This document shows, one piece after another, positions 51,992-64,000 of a DNA stretch of 64,000 nucleotides (the first letter of the stretch is position 1; each line of letters starts with the position of its first letter). This DNA is from an uncultured bacterium. GTDB lineage: Bacteria > Babelota > Babeliae > Babelales > Vermiphilaceae. A program made the position numbers and the translations under genes. The stretch covers positions 256,001 through 320,000 of the forward strand of contig CAVSFC010000002.1 of the NCBI GenBank assembly GCA_963727255.1, written 5' to 3'. The notes under the pieces were generated by a model that worked only from the letters and a program-made list of their open reading frames with translations, was not told the DNA's origin and made no database searches.

Positions 51992-52300
51992 ATGAAAAAA
52001 TTAGTTTTTTTGAGCCTTATATGTTTACTAAGCATCTCGAGTTACGCCAATTCGCCTGAAGCTAACTTTTCTTTAAAGCAAGCAGAATCTATTTTACAAA
52101 AAAAAGAATCTTCGAACGCGGTTAAGAATTGCTATCTTAAACTTTCACAAGCCAAGAAGGATCTAGAAAATTATAAAGATACACATGCTGGAAATACATG
52201 TATGAATGAATTTGTGCAAGAGTGGGAAAACAAAATAGAAGCACTTTTCGAAAAATGTCGTGCATTAGAGAAAAAACATAAAGAAAATTTCCCAAAATAA
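51992..52300 (+). CDS. Small secreted helical protein
   Basis: Signal peptide ending SYA. Confidence 0.65.
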   Translation: MKKLVFLSLICLLSISSYANSPEANFSLKQAESILQKKESSNAVKNCYLKLSQAKKDLENYKDTHAGNTCMNEFVQEWENKIEALFEKCRALEKKHKENFPK

Positions 52301-52368
52301 TCAAATAATAATATTCTTTACTATCATCACAGCGGCATCAATTAACTATCTTAGATGAGAGCCCATTC

Positions 52369-52716
52369 ATGAATAAATTATTATTACTTGGTTTTCTTTC
52401 AATTCTTAATGCGCACCTCAGCGCTCAAACAGTTGAACCCATAGGTATTGAGGCTCAATTAGAGAGCATCATGGCCCCAGTGGAGACTCTGTCTGCAATG
52501 AGACGCCTTAATGCTTGCAAAGAAGATGAAAAAGAAATCAAAAAATGGTTGTTTGTAGCGCTCAAAAGCATAGAATCCCTTGATCTTGAAACAAGAGATG
52601 AACTTGCGAAGAAAATCGAGGAATATTTTGCAAAACGTATTCCCGACTGCAGCATCTATGAAAGAGAAGTCGCTAAGGCAAAAGAAAAAGAAGCCAATCT
52701 GAAAAAGCAAAATTAA
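52369..52716 (+). CDS. Small secreted helical protein
   Basis: Signal peptide ending LSA. Confidence 0.65.
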   Translation: MNKLLLLGFLSILNAHLSAQTVEPIGIEAQLESIMAPVETLSAMRRLNACKEDEKEIKKWLFVALKSIESLDLETRDELAKKIEEYFAKRIPDCSIYEREVAKAKEKEANLKKQN

Positions 52717-53237
52717 ACCAGTTCAAAATCTTTATAGAGCAAGCTTGGCTGAATGCCTTTATTATTTTGATACTTATTGCTCATATACCGCGTATATTCG
52801 CCTTCGATCGTATGATAGAATATTTGGCAAATCTCCACTCCGGGATAGATGCGAATCGGTTGCACACAAAAGATTTCAAGCGTCCAGAAACCATTAAATC
52901 CAACATCACCAAATCCCGCAGTAATATGAATAAACATTCCCAAGCGGCCGATTGATGAGCGGCCCTCCAGCATCGGCACATGATTATCAGTGCGCGTATG
53001 CTCGAGCGTTCTTCCTAAATATAATTTACCCGGCTGCAAAATAAGACCTTCTTCGGGAATAGCAATCTTTTTTACGCTATGCTGTTTCTTCATATCAAGA
53101 ATTGGATCTTCATAGATCATTAATTCATTAAAGAGCCGTAAATTATAACTATTAGGCCCTAGTTGCCGCTCATTAAATGGCTCAATAAAAATATCGTGGC
53201 CCATTTTTCTTTTAATTTCTTTTCCGGATAAAATCAT
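52713..53237 (-). CDS. dcd: dCTP deaminase
   Basis: MILS, PNSYNLRL, EGRSSIGRLG, TAGFGDVGF, KYQNNKG. Confidence 0.92.
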   Translation of the reverse strand: MILSGKEIKRKMGHDIFIEPFNERQLGPNSYNLRLFNELMIYEDPILDMKKQHSVKKIAIPEEGLILQPGKLYLGRTLEHTRTDNHVPMLEGRSSIGRLGMFIHITAGFGDVGFNGFWTLEIFCVQPIRIYPGVEICQIFYHTIEGEYTRYMSNKYQNNKGIQPSLLYKDFELV

Positions 53238-53322
53238 ATGTATATCCCAAATTTGAACTTTCTTACAAGACTGATAATCTGATCATATCAGAAAAATCAT
53301 TCCAAGAAAGGTCACTGATCCC

Positions 53323-54315
53323 ATGATAGAACCACAAACAAATACGAGTGCTTCTGTTATTGAGCAAATTAAAACCGAGAGCACCCAATTCTATGGCATT
53401 GCCAGCGAAGTCTCTAAAGTCATTGTTGGCCAGCATGATGTTATTGAATTTATTTTAATAGCCATCTTATGCAATGGCCATATTTTACTCGAAGGAGTTC
53501 CGGGCCTTGCAAAGACAACAATGATTAAAGCAATCAGCAAAGTGCTCGGCTTAAAATTCACGCGTATTCAATTTACTCCTGATTTATTGCCTGCGGATCT
53601 TATCGGAACTTTGATTTACAATCAAAAAACCCAAGAATTTGAAACCAAAAAAGGGCCGATCTTTGCGAATCTCATCTTAGCGGACGAGATCAATCGCGCG
53701 CCGGCCAAAGTGCAATCAGCACTCTTGGAAGCAATGCAGGAACAACAAGTTACCATTGGTTCAACCACATTTGCCCTTGAGCAACCGTTTTTAGTATTTG
53801 CAACACAGAATCCAATTGAGCAAGAGGGAACCTATCGATTGCCTGAAGCGCAAGTTGATCGTTTTATGTTTAAACTGCAGGTGCATTATCCAAATAAAGT
53901 TGAAGAACGGGAGCTCTTGCGCCGCCCATTAGATACAAATATTTTGAGCCAGCAGCTTTCCGCGCAAGAAATTAAAACAGCGCAAGAATTGGTAAAAGAA
54001 ATTTATGTTGATGAACGAATTAAGGAATATATTGTTAATATTGTTCATGCAACACGCCCCGAAACCTCAAAACTCGATGCTTTAATCCCATATATTGAAT
54101 GCGGCGCATCACCGCGCGCAACCTTGGCGCTTTATCATGCAGGCATGGCGCATGCATTTTTAAAAGGGCGCCATTTTGTAACCCCCGATGATATAAAGGC
54201 CGTTGCTCGCCATGTTTTGCCACATCGCATTATGTTAAGTTATTTGGCAGAAGCGGAGCATATTTCCAGCCTGAGTATTATACAAAAAATTATCAGTAAC
54301 GTGGTGTGCCCGTAG
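53323..54315 (+). CDS. moxR: MoxR-family AAA+ ATPase
   Basis: LLEGVPGLAKT, RIQFTPDLLP, DEINRAPAKVQSALLEAMQE, TQNPIEQEGTY, GASPRA. Confidence 0.92.
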   Translation: MIEPQTNTSASVIEQIKTESTQFYGIASEVSKVIVGQHDVIEFILIAILCNGHILLEGVPGLAKTTMIKAISKVLGLKFTRIQFTPDLLPADLIGTLIYNQKTQEFETKKGPIFANLILADEINRAPAKVQSALLEAMQEQQVTIGSTTFALEQPFLVFATQNPIEQEGTYRLPEAQVDRFMFKLQVHYPNKVEERELLRRPLDTNILSQQLSAQEIKTAQELVKEIYVDERIKEYIVNIVHATRPETSKLDALIPYIECGASPRATLALYHAGMAHAFLKGRHFVTPDDIKAVARHVLPHRIMLSYLAEAEHISSLSIIQKIISNVVCP

Positions 54316-54322
54316 ATTTGGG

Positions 54323-54412
54323 CCGTTCGCTTCGAGTGAGGCCCTAGGCCGAATCGAGAAGGAATCTAGAATCTGCATCTCTCGACTCGCTACTCTCGCT
54401 CGAGACGAACGG
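54323..54412. repeat. REP-like palindrome, inverted copy of 16532-16615
   Basis: Reverse complement aligns over the full length with few differences. Confidence 0.85.
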
Positions 54413-54429
54413 ATTTAGGGTTAGCCAGC

Positions 54430-54459
54430 TTGACAAAATTGAAATATGAGGGGTATGGT
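54430..54459 (+). promoter_or_regulatory. Putative promoter of the T2SS cluster
   Basis: TTGACA-18 nt-TATGGT. Confidence 0.4.
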
Positions 54460-54489
54460 GTGAAGTAACTTTTATTGGTAAGGATCTGA

Positions 54490-55603
54490 ATGAGACAGCC
54501 ATTCTGGATAGTAAATAGCGCACTCTTATTACTTGCCTGCATAACTGCAGGTTTTATTTATTTTTCGCGCCCAGAGATTCCTGAACGGGAAAATATCGAA
54601 CCTGCTCCGTATCGCATGCCCACGCAAACTGAAAGCTCTAAAATTAACATTAATAAAATTTATGAATATGATCTTTTTGATACCTATCAAAGGGAATTAG
54701 TCCCTACCGAAGCACCTGGCCAAATTGGCCCGATGCCAGAACCACCTGCGCCAATGGCCGTGCGAATTCCTGAAGAACCAAAACCGCAATTTATAGAACC
54801 GCTGCCAATAAGCCTCAAAGGTATTATTATTGTCCTTTCGGATGATACTAAAAATAGAGCCATAATTATGGATAATCGCACCAGCAAAGAAGGTTCTTTC
54901 AAAGTGGGAGATATGATAGAAGATGCTCAACTCATTCGTATCTTTAGCAATAAGATCATTCTCATGCGCGCCAATGGGCAGCAAGAAGTGCTTTATTTGC
55001 GCGAAAAAGATGCAAAACTAGATCCAACCTATGCAGCCATTGATGGATGGGATGGCATAATCACCCGAACCAGCGATTATCACTATACAATCAACACCGC
55101 AGAATTCATTAATCGCATCCAAAGCCTGGGCCAGTTTATTGATACTCTTGAAGTGACGACTGCGTATCGTGCAGGGCAAGCCGTTGGTTGCCGAATCAGC
55201 AATGTTGGTCCTGGTTCACTCGCACAAGCGCTCGGATTAACTAAAGATGATCTCATAGTAAAGGTGAATGATACTTCAGTGGCTGAAACCAGCAATAGGC
55301 TCGCGATATACAAACATATCAGCGAATTAAAGACAAATGATACAATTACGGTTACCTTAATAAGAAATAGCCAAGAAATAGTGTTGAACTACCTGCTTCA
55401 AGAAGTCCGAGCGCGCACGTAAACAAGAAATTGGCCAAAAAAAGCCTTCTGCTGAACAGATAGCCGAAGAACAACGCAAACAACTGGAGCAAAAAGGAAC
55501 ATTTGCCCCAACATTAAAAGAGATTAGAGATAGAGAAAAAGCGAATATGTTAGAAAAAGGCAAACGGCCAACCCAAAATGTATTATCAAATCTGAATGGG
55601 TAA
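54490..55603 (+). CDS. gspC: Type II secretion protein GspC-like (TM, HR, PDZ); probable frameshift near 55410
   Basis: LKGII...RAII...FKVGDMI HR domain; PDZ segment GSLAQALGLTKDDLIVKVN; open frame 55421-55603. Confidence 0.75.
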
Positions 55604-55610
55604 TACAATT

Positions 55611-58063
55611 ATGAAAATAGGACGCTCCTTTATATTTCTGTGTCTCATTTTCGTCATCGCAGCAATTCCCGGATGTGGCGGCAGAAAACAACAAAAAAGT
55701 TCGCTTCCGGCTGACACCAAATTGCAAACTTCCATCGATTTGCCAGAATTCGCTGATGAAAAGCTCTCAAAAATTGGCATTTCAAGTGAGCCCGGAGAAA
55801 TTATTGCGGCAGAAAAAGAACAAAATGAAGTGGTTTCCCCACAGGCAATAACTGAAGAAAAAATTCCAAAAGAAGAAGAGCTTCTCCCATGCCAGGAAGA
55901 AGAGCCGAGCATAGAATTTCATTTTGAGAATGCCGATCTTGAAATGCTGATTAATCAGATATCGGAATTATTTGATGTTACTTTTGTTGCCGATGATTCA
56001 ATTACCCCAATGCTACAAGGTGCAAAAAGCGGTAAAAGGAAACAAAATATCATTCAAAACGCAGCGTCCGTTGACACAAAAAGATGCCTGGGATCTTTTT
56101 CTTACCTTCCTGGATATTGCAGGATTCGCCGTAATTTCTGAGGCAAATCCAAAATTAAAACGAATCGTCACGATTGATCTTGCGCGAAAATCACCGCTAC
56201 AAGCATTTATTGGGGTTCCCGCATCAGAACTTCCTAATAGTGATGAAATGGTACGTTATGTATATTTCTTAGAAAACATCTCACTTGAAACGGTTCGCCC
56301 GATACTTGAATCATTACGCAGCCCCAATTCATCAGTTGCGTATTTGCAGGAAATGAAGGCATTTGTGATCACCGATAAGGCATATAATATTAAAAGCCTA
56401 ATGAATATTGTTAAAGAGCTTGATAAAGTGGTAATGCCACAAGCAATGTCTGTTCTCAAATTGCGCCGGGCCGATGCTAAGGAGGTTAAAGAACTGTATG
56501 ATTCACTCGCGCAAGTGGATGAAAAATCATTGGCTCAGCAACGCTTCTTCCCCGCAAGAAAAAGTCTCCATCAGCCATACTTTTCTGAAAATGTTGCCAT
56601 GTTTGCAGAACCGCGAACCAATTCATTAATTCTTCTGGGGCCACAAGATGCCATTAAGCGTATTGAAGATTTCATTATCCAATCTGTTGATGTTGATCTA
56701 ACGCAGCCATATTCTCCATTGCATGTATTAACTTTGCGCTATGCCGATGCAAAAACAATCGCCGATATTATGAACACCGTAACCAAATTTGGTGAAACAT
56801 CGGAAGCGGCTAAAAACGGCGGAGTCCGCGGTGGCGATAAATATATGAAGCCAATTACCTTTACTCCGGAATTTGAAACTAATCGAATTATCGTCAAGGG
56901 TGATTATGAAGATTTTCTGCGCGCAAAAGAAGTTATTACCGAACTTGATGCGCCGCAGCCGCAGGTGGCTATAGAAGTATTGCTCCTTTCTGTATCATTA
57001 AACGATAGAAGGCAATTGGGCGCTCAAATTCGAAGCAGAGAACCAGGCATCAGAAGGCCTTGCAGGCACCAATGTGAAATACCAAACTTCAGGCCTTTTT
57101 GGCACAGGCACAATCGTGACCGATCCGAATGGCAATGGAGTCAACCGTTTACTTGGCAATCTACTTAACTTAGTTTCAAGTGGTATTGCTGCGGGCAATA
57201 CCATTATCTCTTTGGGAGATTCGCTTAATGTCTGGGCAATTATTCAAGCCCTGCAAACTGCCAGCAACGTGCAAGTCTTGGCAAATCCATTCTTAATCGC
57301 AACCAATAAAACCGAAGCAGTAGTTTCTCTTGGTGAAGTGCGGCGTGTAACAACCGGCACCATCGTAGGTGGTAGTAACACGCAAACGAATACGTATGGT
57401 GATGCGCCTGCTGAATTAAAGGTTGAAATTACGCCGCAGATCAACTCAGATGGTATGATCGTCTTGGATATTGTGGTAAAACTATCTCAATTCGTTGGAG
57501 CCGCAAATCCCGATAATGCAGTGCGAACCACGCGTGAAATTAAAACAAAAACAATCGTAACCAATAAAGAAGTCATCGCCCTTGGCGGACTTATCCAAAC
57601 TAACATCGAGAACACCGAAACCAAAGTCCCGGTGCTCGGTGATATTCCTATTGTTGGATGGTTCTTCAAAAACAAGACCAAAATTGCAAACAAATCTAAT
57701 CTTTTAATTTTGATTTCTTCCCGTATCATTGAACCGCAAGGAAATGAGGCAGTTACTGCATTCACGCAATCACATCTGACGGATTACACTGATACGATAA
57801 ATGAAATGTATTATAGGAATGAGCGCAGAGATCCGGTTAACCGCTGGTTCTTCCGCCAAAAAGATCTCAATGAAAAAGCAACTGATGAATTTATTTTCCG
57901 CCGACAAAAAGAAGCGCTTGCAGAGACTAACCTGCACAAAGATATCGTGACTCCAATTGCTCAGGCAAATCCTACAACGAAAAAAACGGTGGTAGCTTCT
58001 AACAAAAAAAGTAAGTCACCACTTATGAGTGCGTTAGAAAATGAGAAGGGAGCCAGCGCATGA
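55611..58063 (+). CDS. gspD: Type II secretion secretin GspD, lipoprotein (frameshifted)
   Basis: Lipobox-like AAIPGC; N0 FHFENADL; EPRTNSLI; PQVAIEV; ITPQIN; KVPVLGDIPIVGWFF. Confidence 0.88.
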
Positions 58064-59700
58064 TACGGAATTTATTTCTCCCCGATCGAGTAAAGGGTTA
58101 TTATTTATTCGGTACACGAATTATCGGATTTGATATTGGTAAAGCTGCCGTGAGAGCAACGCAAATTTATTGCAAAGGCAGAGAGATCGTTATTGAAAAG
58201 TGCTTTGAGATTCCAATTCAATCAAACATCACCCCCAGCGAATATCAAGATCTGGCATCCGCTGCTATTAAAGCGATTCTTGAACAAGCGAAATATAACA
58301 CCATTGTTTCATCGTTGAGCAGCTCGCAAGCGATCTTTAAAGAATTAAAGCTGCCTTTTATTGGGATTGATACCATAAAAAAAGTAATCGGATATCGAGG
58401 TTGAACCGCTTTTGCCATTTTCGCTCAATGATGCGGTAATCGATTGCATTATTACCAAAGAAAATCGGGACGGAAAATAGCTCAGAAGTTTTGGTTGGCG
58501 CAGTACAAAATCAATATATGGCGCAACATTTAGCGCTTTTTGAAGCTGCAGGGGTGCAACCTGAACAGGTAACCATCGATCTTTTTGCACTTTACGGTCT
58601 TTATAGAATGATACCTGCCTATGCACAACAAAAGGGCGGGATTGTGCTCCTTGAAATTGAAGCACAATCAACTCGCATGGCCTATATTTATGATGGGCAA
58701 TTGCGATTTATACGCACACTTTCAAAAGGGCTTCTTGGATCAAGCACGCCATGTAAGCGCAACAATTGCACATCTCTGAGCAAGAAGCATTTGAGCATAT
58801 CATTCGGTATGGCCTGGAGCCTGCGCATAATGAAGGATACGTTGGAGCAATCAAGCAAGCATTCACTACCTCTTTTAATGATGTGATGTTTACCCTGCAA
58901 TCATTTGTATCACAAGCAAAGCCAGTCGCAATCAATCAATAAAATAATTATTTTCGGCACGAGCGCCGCCATAAAAGGATTGCCGGAACTGATTACAGAT
59001 CTTTCTCATATCAAATGCGAAATTTTTCAAATCAATGGATTAATTCATAATGGCTTTGGCATTAGCGCTAAAAGCGCAATTCCTCAAGCGAATATTGTGA
59101 GCCTTGCTGCTGCACTGCCAAATAGCTCAACAAGCTGCCTTTAATTTGCGCCAACAAGAATTTGCACTTTCGAATGCCACAGCAATTTATGCGCCAGTTT
59201 ATCATTGCATTGGCGCTTTTAGGGCTTATTCTCGGATCTCTTTTGGCAATGGCAATCTGGCAAACAAGAAAATTAAAACGTGAAGCCTATCAATCGGAAC
59301 AAGAAGTAATTGCGACACTCAAAGAAAAAATTAAAAAAATTCCTGATGATGTAACTGCACTTGATGAACACTCTGAAGCTGCAAAATCAGAGGTAAATCG
59401 CGAAGAAAAAATGTGGTCAGCATTTTCTCGGCGTCTCACGTCCTCATTTCTTAGAATATTTATTAGAACTCACCAATAAAATTGATAAAGCGAGCTTGGG
59501 CTTGAGCTTGAAAAACTAACAATTACTGCAGATACTATTATAATGAAAGCACAAGTAAAGGACTACGAAGAGCTTGCTGCGCTTAGAGCGCGATTTAGAA
59601 GAATCAAAATTGTTTAGTTATGTTGAGCGGGTTCATGATCCTAAATTTACTATGACCATTCGTCTTGCCAAAAAATCAGGGCAACGGGGGCGCTCAATGA
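58060..59700 (+). CDS. PilM/GspL-like fusion (actin-like domain, TM, periplasmic domain), frameshifted
   Basis: IIGFDIG, FKELKLPF, LPFS, LRFIRTL, then TM and coiled coil; several frames. Confidence 0.65.
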
Positions 59701-60258
59701 CATTTTTTGAAAATCTAGAAACACGAATCTGCCCAATTGGATTGGAAAAGCTGGTACACATATTTAGCAATAATTGGTGCGGTTATCTTTTGCCATTATT
59801 GGCGCAATTCTTTTTTATTATTATCAGCGCAACTTCAAAATGGGAACAGAGAATTGCTACAGTTAATGAGACTCGCGCGTGAAGCAAAGCGGCTTCTTGA
59901 ATAAAGCGGAACGGGTGCAAAAAGAACGTGCAGAAGTTATGGCACTTTTGGAAGAAGATCCTAATTTTAAAATAAAAGAATATGTGCAAGAAGTACTTGA
60001 ACAAATAGGCATTGCGGGAAATGTGAGTGCAGAAAATGTAGTGTGTACACCGCCAGCGATGAAAATTATCAGAGAAGATGTTGCCACCTATCAACTGGCA
60101 GGAATCACCATGAAACAATTGACAGAATTTTTAAACGAAATTGAGAAAATAAACGGGTATTTACCAAAGAACTTGATATTAGCAAATCCAAAAAAGTTCC
60201 CCGCACCATTGATGTTGGAATAACAATCGCAACCATAATGCCAAAAGAAGCAGGCTAA
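59697..60258 (+). CDS. GspM-like inner-membrane protein (frameshifted)
   Basis: ATGA overlap with the upstream gene; TM; ITMKQLTEFLNEIE. Confidence 0.5.
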
Positions 60259-60277
60259 TGCAGTACTGGAGATAACT

Positions 60278-62802
60278 ATGAATCTATACTTGCATTAATC
60301 ATCTTAATCTTTCACTCTTATGCTGTGCATTATGCATAGCTATAGCTGTTTGCCGAAACACAAGAAGATCCCACACGGTACTTGCAAGAAAAGATTAATC
60401 GATCTGATCCCTGCAAAAAAAGACCGATGCGCCGCCGTCACCCTAATAAAATGATCAGTTTTTATTTTGATAATGAAGATTTGATCGATATCATTAATTT
60501 CTTAGCATCCGAACGAGAAGTCAATATGGTATTGCCAATGGGTGCCAATGCGATAAATGCAAAAGTAACTTTGCATCTTGAAGACAAAATTAGCGTTGAA
60601 GAGGCATGGGATATTTTATATACCTTGCTTGATATTGCCGGCTATTCAATGATTGCAAAAGAAGACACGTATAATATTGTAAAAACATACAAAAGATGTT
60701 CAACGAGAAGCGTTGCCTTTGTATATTGTTAAACCGGAAGAAATCCCTAATACTTGATAAGCGAATCGATATCTTTATTATTTTTCCAATATTAAAATTG
60801 CAGATGAAAACCAGGGATGACATTGTAACAATTCTAAAAGATGTTCTTCCCTCAGAGCCCAGCACTCCCAATGCTCCCGGGGCCTGGTATAAACTGGATG
60901 CACAAGCCAATAGCGTTTTAATCAGTGATAAAGCAAATAATATTAAAGCAGTAATGAATATCGTTACTGCGCTTGATCATGTTGAGGCGCAAGAAAAACC
61001 TGAAGATGATTCAACTGCGCTATCAAAATGCAGATGTTATTGCCAATCTTATTTAATGAATGAATTATTAAGAACAGCCGGCGATGCAAATCAAGCTCGT
61101 TTGGGCATAAAAGTTCAAAATAATAGCACCTATTTCAAAAAAGTTCGTCTTGTTCCTGATATGAGAACAAATCGTTTAATTGTTTTTGGCAGACCGCAAG
61201 CAGTTGAACGGGTGCGGGATTTTATTCATAAATATATTGATGTTGAATTAGAATCGGGCAAATCAATTTTGCATGTATATCAACTGCAATATCTTGATGC
61301 ACAAAAATTTGCGCCCATCTTAAAAAATATTCTCACATCGGGCAAAACCGGAGGCACCGATCAATCAAAGGAGCAGCTACCAATGGGGGAACTGAACGCT
61401 TCTTTGACGGAGTTCTTATTGTTGCCGATCAACCACAAACTATTAGCGGTGAACATGCCCAGCGGCACATATTCAAGGAAGCAATAATTTAATTATTGCC
61501 GCGCGCAATGATGATTATGAGCGCATTAGAAAACTCATTGAAGAGCTTGATATTCCGCAACCACAAGTGATAATTGAAGTTATGATTGCAGATTTAACCA
61601 TTCAAGATATTGCTTCGCTCGGCGCAATGTGCGCAATCCATTAGATTCAGGCTTGCCCAATAACGTGAACTTCCAATCAGCGCAAACTTCAGATTTTCTT
61701 ACCGATACAGTAAGCAACCCGACTACGATAGCTGCCGATTTATTGCGCCGTGCGTATACTAATACCGGCGCAATCACGCAAGATTGCGATGTTCCGGGAA
61801 GTTCATCTAATTGTTTTAGCGCTGCAAATTTCTTTACTCAAGGAACTGCGCTCATTTCATTTAATGATACGGCAACAGGCCAAACCTGGGGCCTTGCCCA
61901 AGTGCGCAAATTCTTAGATGGCAAAAAAGTACAATCGTATCCTCATTTACTCTGCACTAACAACCATAAGGCTGAGATCAAGATTATGGAAGAACGTTTG
62001 GCGTTAGATCAAGGCTCAGGCAGCACCGGTGGTACCACTACCCAAACGCGTAAATGGATTCCTGCGGCATTAAGTGTCACTATTACGCCACGCATCAGCT
62101 CTGCAGAAACAGTAACGCTCGATGTTGTTATTGATATTAATCAATTCGACACGCGCTACCTTTACCAATGCAGATCCAAATACTGCCAACCAAATTACCC
62201 GAAATGTGACCACCCGTGCAAATGTGCGCAGTGGGCACATTTTAGCTTTGGGCGGTTTAACGCGAGTTGATACGAGCGTTGAACAACTTGAAACCCCATT
62301 ATTAGGAAGAATCCCTATCATTGGTTGGTTCTTTAAAGATCGCACGAATACTACTAATAAAAATAATCTTACCGTGTTTATTTCACCAACTATTATCGAG
62401 CCGCGCGTTCGCGGCGGCGTGAGCACTTATACAAAACATCATGTCCAATTGGCAAAATCATATTCGCGTGAAGGAATGCTCTTTGATAACCTGAGAGATC
62501 CTATTACCCGCTGGTTCTTCAGAACGCGTACCGATGATGCAGCCTCTGATCTGGATGATTTCCTGGCACAAGATGAATTTATCGCACCGACAATCTTTGA
62601 TGTTCGAAAGGAAAATTCAAAAAGGGTGAGCAATGAAACAAATAAAAAAGAAACGCCTGTAGCTGCGCCTCAAACGGTACTTGCTCAAACGCAAGTGCGT
62701 GAAAAGCCTGCATTATCAACCACCCTAATTTCAGCAAAGCCAGCTGATTTAAAGACCATGGTCGCTACGATAGATAATCCGTTTGAAAAGAAGACATCAT
62801 AA
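60278..62802 (+). CDS. gspD: Second secretin, GspD-like (frameshifted)
   Basis: FYFDNEDL; PDMRTNRLIV; LQYLDA; PQPQVIIEV; VTITPRI; TPLLGRIPIIGWFF; VFISPTII. Confidence 0.8.
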
Positions 62803-62831
62803 AAAAAAGTTTAAAAACGAGAGATTGAAGA

Positions 62832-63331
62832 TGTGGAAAGAGTTAAATAGTGTAACAAAATTTGTATTGCTGCATGAGTCATCATTATTCTTTTGTTTAT
62901 TGCCACTTTTAATTCTAACTTTAATTGTTTTTACATATTTGTATGTGCGTAGGGAAATTTTACCGCATGATTCCATATGGAAACAGATCCGCATTCCGTT
63001 ACTAGTATCTTTAATACCACTTCTATTTATCTGGCACTATGCTTCTGCTATTTTTTTTGCACTTGGAGGCGTCAACCTTCTCGAATATTTTCTGAAAATT
63101 GGACTTCTTTTAGTATGCTCAATTGGAGTTTTTGCTGCCGGTTTATGGTATAAAAATATAGCGTCACCCAAACGCATCTCGCTTTTTATAAAAGCTCTTG
63201 TAATAGGATTCGTATCATGCGTCTTATTTATCTCATTCTTAATGACCATTAAAGAATTTATACTAAGAAGCGATCCTGCATATCGAAAAATGGCGGAACG
63301 AGTACAAGAGATTGCCCGAAACCGTAGATAG
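62832..63331 (+). CDS. Hypothetical multi-TM membrane protein
   Basis: Four hydrophobic helices; start codon uncertain. Confidence 0.55.
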
Positions 63332-63349
63332 CCTTAAATAAATTTGTAG

Positions 63350-63375
63350 TAAGTGTTAAATCCACTTAACACTTA
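63350..63375. terminator. Hairpin between convergent genes
   Basis: TAAGTGTTAA-atccac-TTAACACTTA. Confidence 0.55.
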
Positions 63376-63404
63376 GTTCGCATTACCCCTAAAAAAATCT
63401 CTAA

Positions 63405-64000
63405 TCATGAATTCAGGATTGATAACATTAATGCATCTTCAATGCGAAGCAGTTCATTATATTTTGCAAGATGTTCACCGCGCGCGGTGCCTCCCGCCTT
63501 GATATAACCAGCGCTCGTCCCGACCGCAAGATCAACAATCATAGTATCATTTGTTTCGCATGATCGGTGCGAAAGAATACAGCTCATTTCATATTCCTTG
63601 CATAATTTAATTGCTTGCAATGCTTCAGTAATCGTGCCAATTTGATTCGGTTTAATTATCGCCCCGGTTGCCAGGCCCATGCTCAATGCCATTCGCGATC
63701 AAATTAGGATTACTCGCAAATAAATCATCACCAATCAATTGCACATTATCAAGCTGATTCATCATGGCGACCCAGCCTTTTTCATCAAACTCAGAAAGCC
63801 CATCTTCAATTGAGAAAATCGGATACTCTTTAATTAATCGTTCATAGAGATCGATAAGATCTGCACTTGTTAATGATTTTTTTCCATCCCAATCATATTT
63901 ATGCGTTTTACGATCATAGAATTGTGAAGCGGCAACATCAAGCGAGATTAAAAACCGATGACTCGTTGTTTTTTGTACTGCTTCAATAGCTTCCATAAGC
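63405..64000 (-). CDS. eno: Enolase, 3' part (frameshift near 63670; runs off the window end)
   Basis: LDVAASQF, SIEDGL, QLIGDDLF, IKPNQIGT, SHRSCET, AKYNELLRIE. Confidence 0.92.

Overview
AT-rich bacterial chromosome segment. Its gene content (short signal-peptide orphans, ankyrin repeats, eukaryote-like RING, C2H2 and Skp1/LRR proteins, a membrane MutS-like ATPase, atpD-atpC separated from the rest of the atp operon) fits an intracellular parasite of protists, most likely Candidatus Dependentiae (Babelota/TM6). That lineage call is an inference. Core genes are tRNA-fMet, a Nudix hydrolase, murJ, an ABC-F ATPase, lon, atpD/atpC, a HerA-like ATPase, an amino-acid ABC transporter, ogt, an M23 peptidase, uvrC, clpB, tpiA, secG, dcd, moxR and eno. 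A type II secretion cluster carries two secretins. Many conserved genes have small frameshifts that are probably sequencing errors. Most notable observations: (1) a ~2 kb AT-rich islet bounded by a perfect 35-bp direct repeat, encoding a secreted protein with a ubiquitin-like 'VRGLGG' junction before a hydrophobic glycine-zipper peptide, plus a small membrane protein; (2) about 17 orphan or eukaryote-like proteins share a signal peptide ending just before a Met (often AME/GME/SME), a candidate effector signature for the T2SS; (3) seven dispersed REP-like palindromes, one flanked by a 19-bp duplication of the atpC start; (4) a candidate rod-shaped ncRNA after secG.
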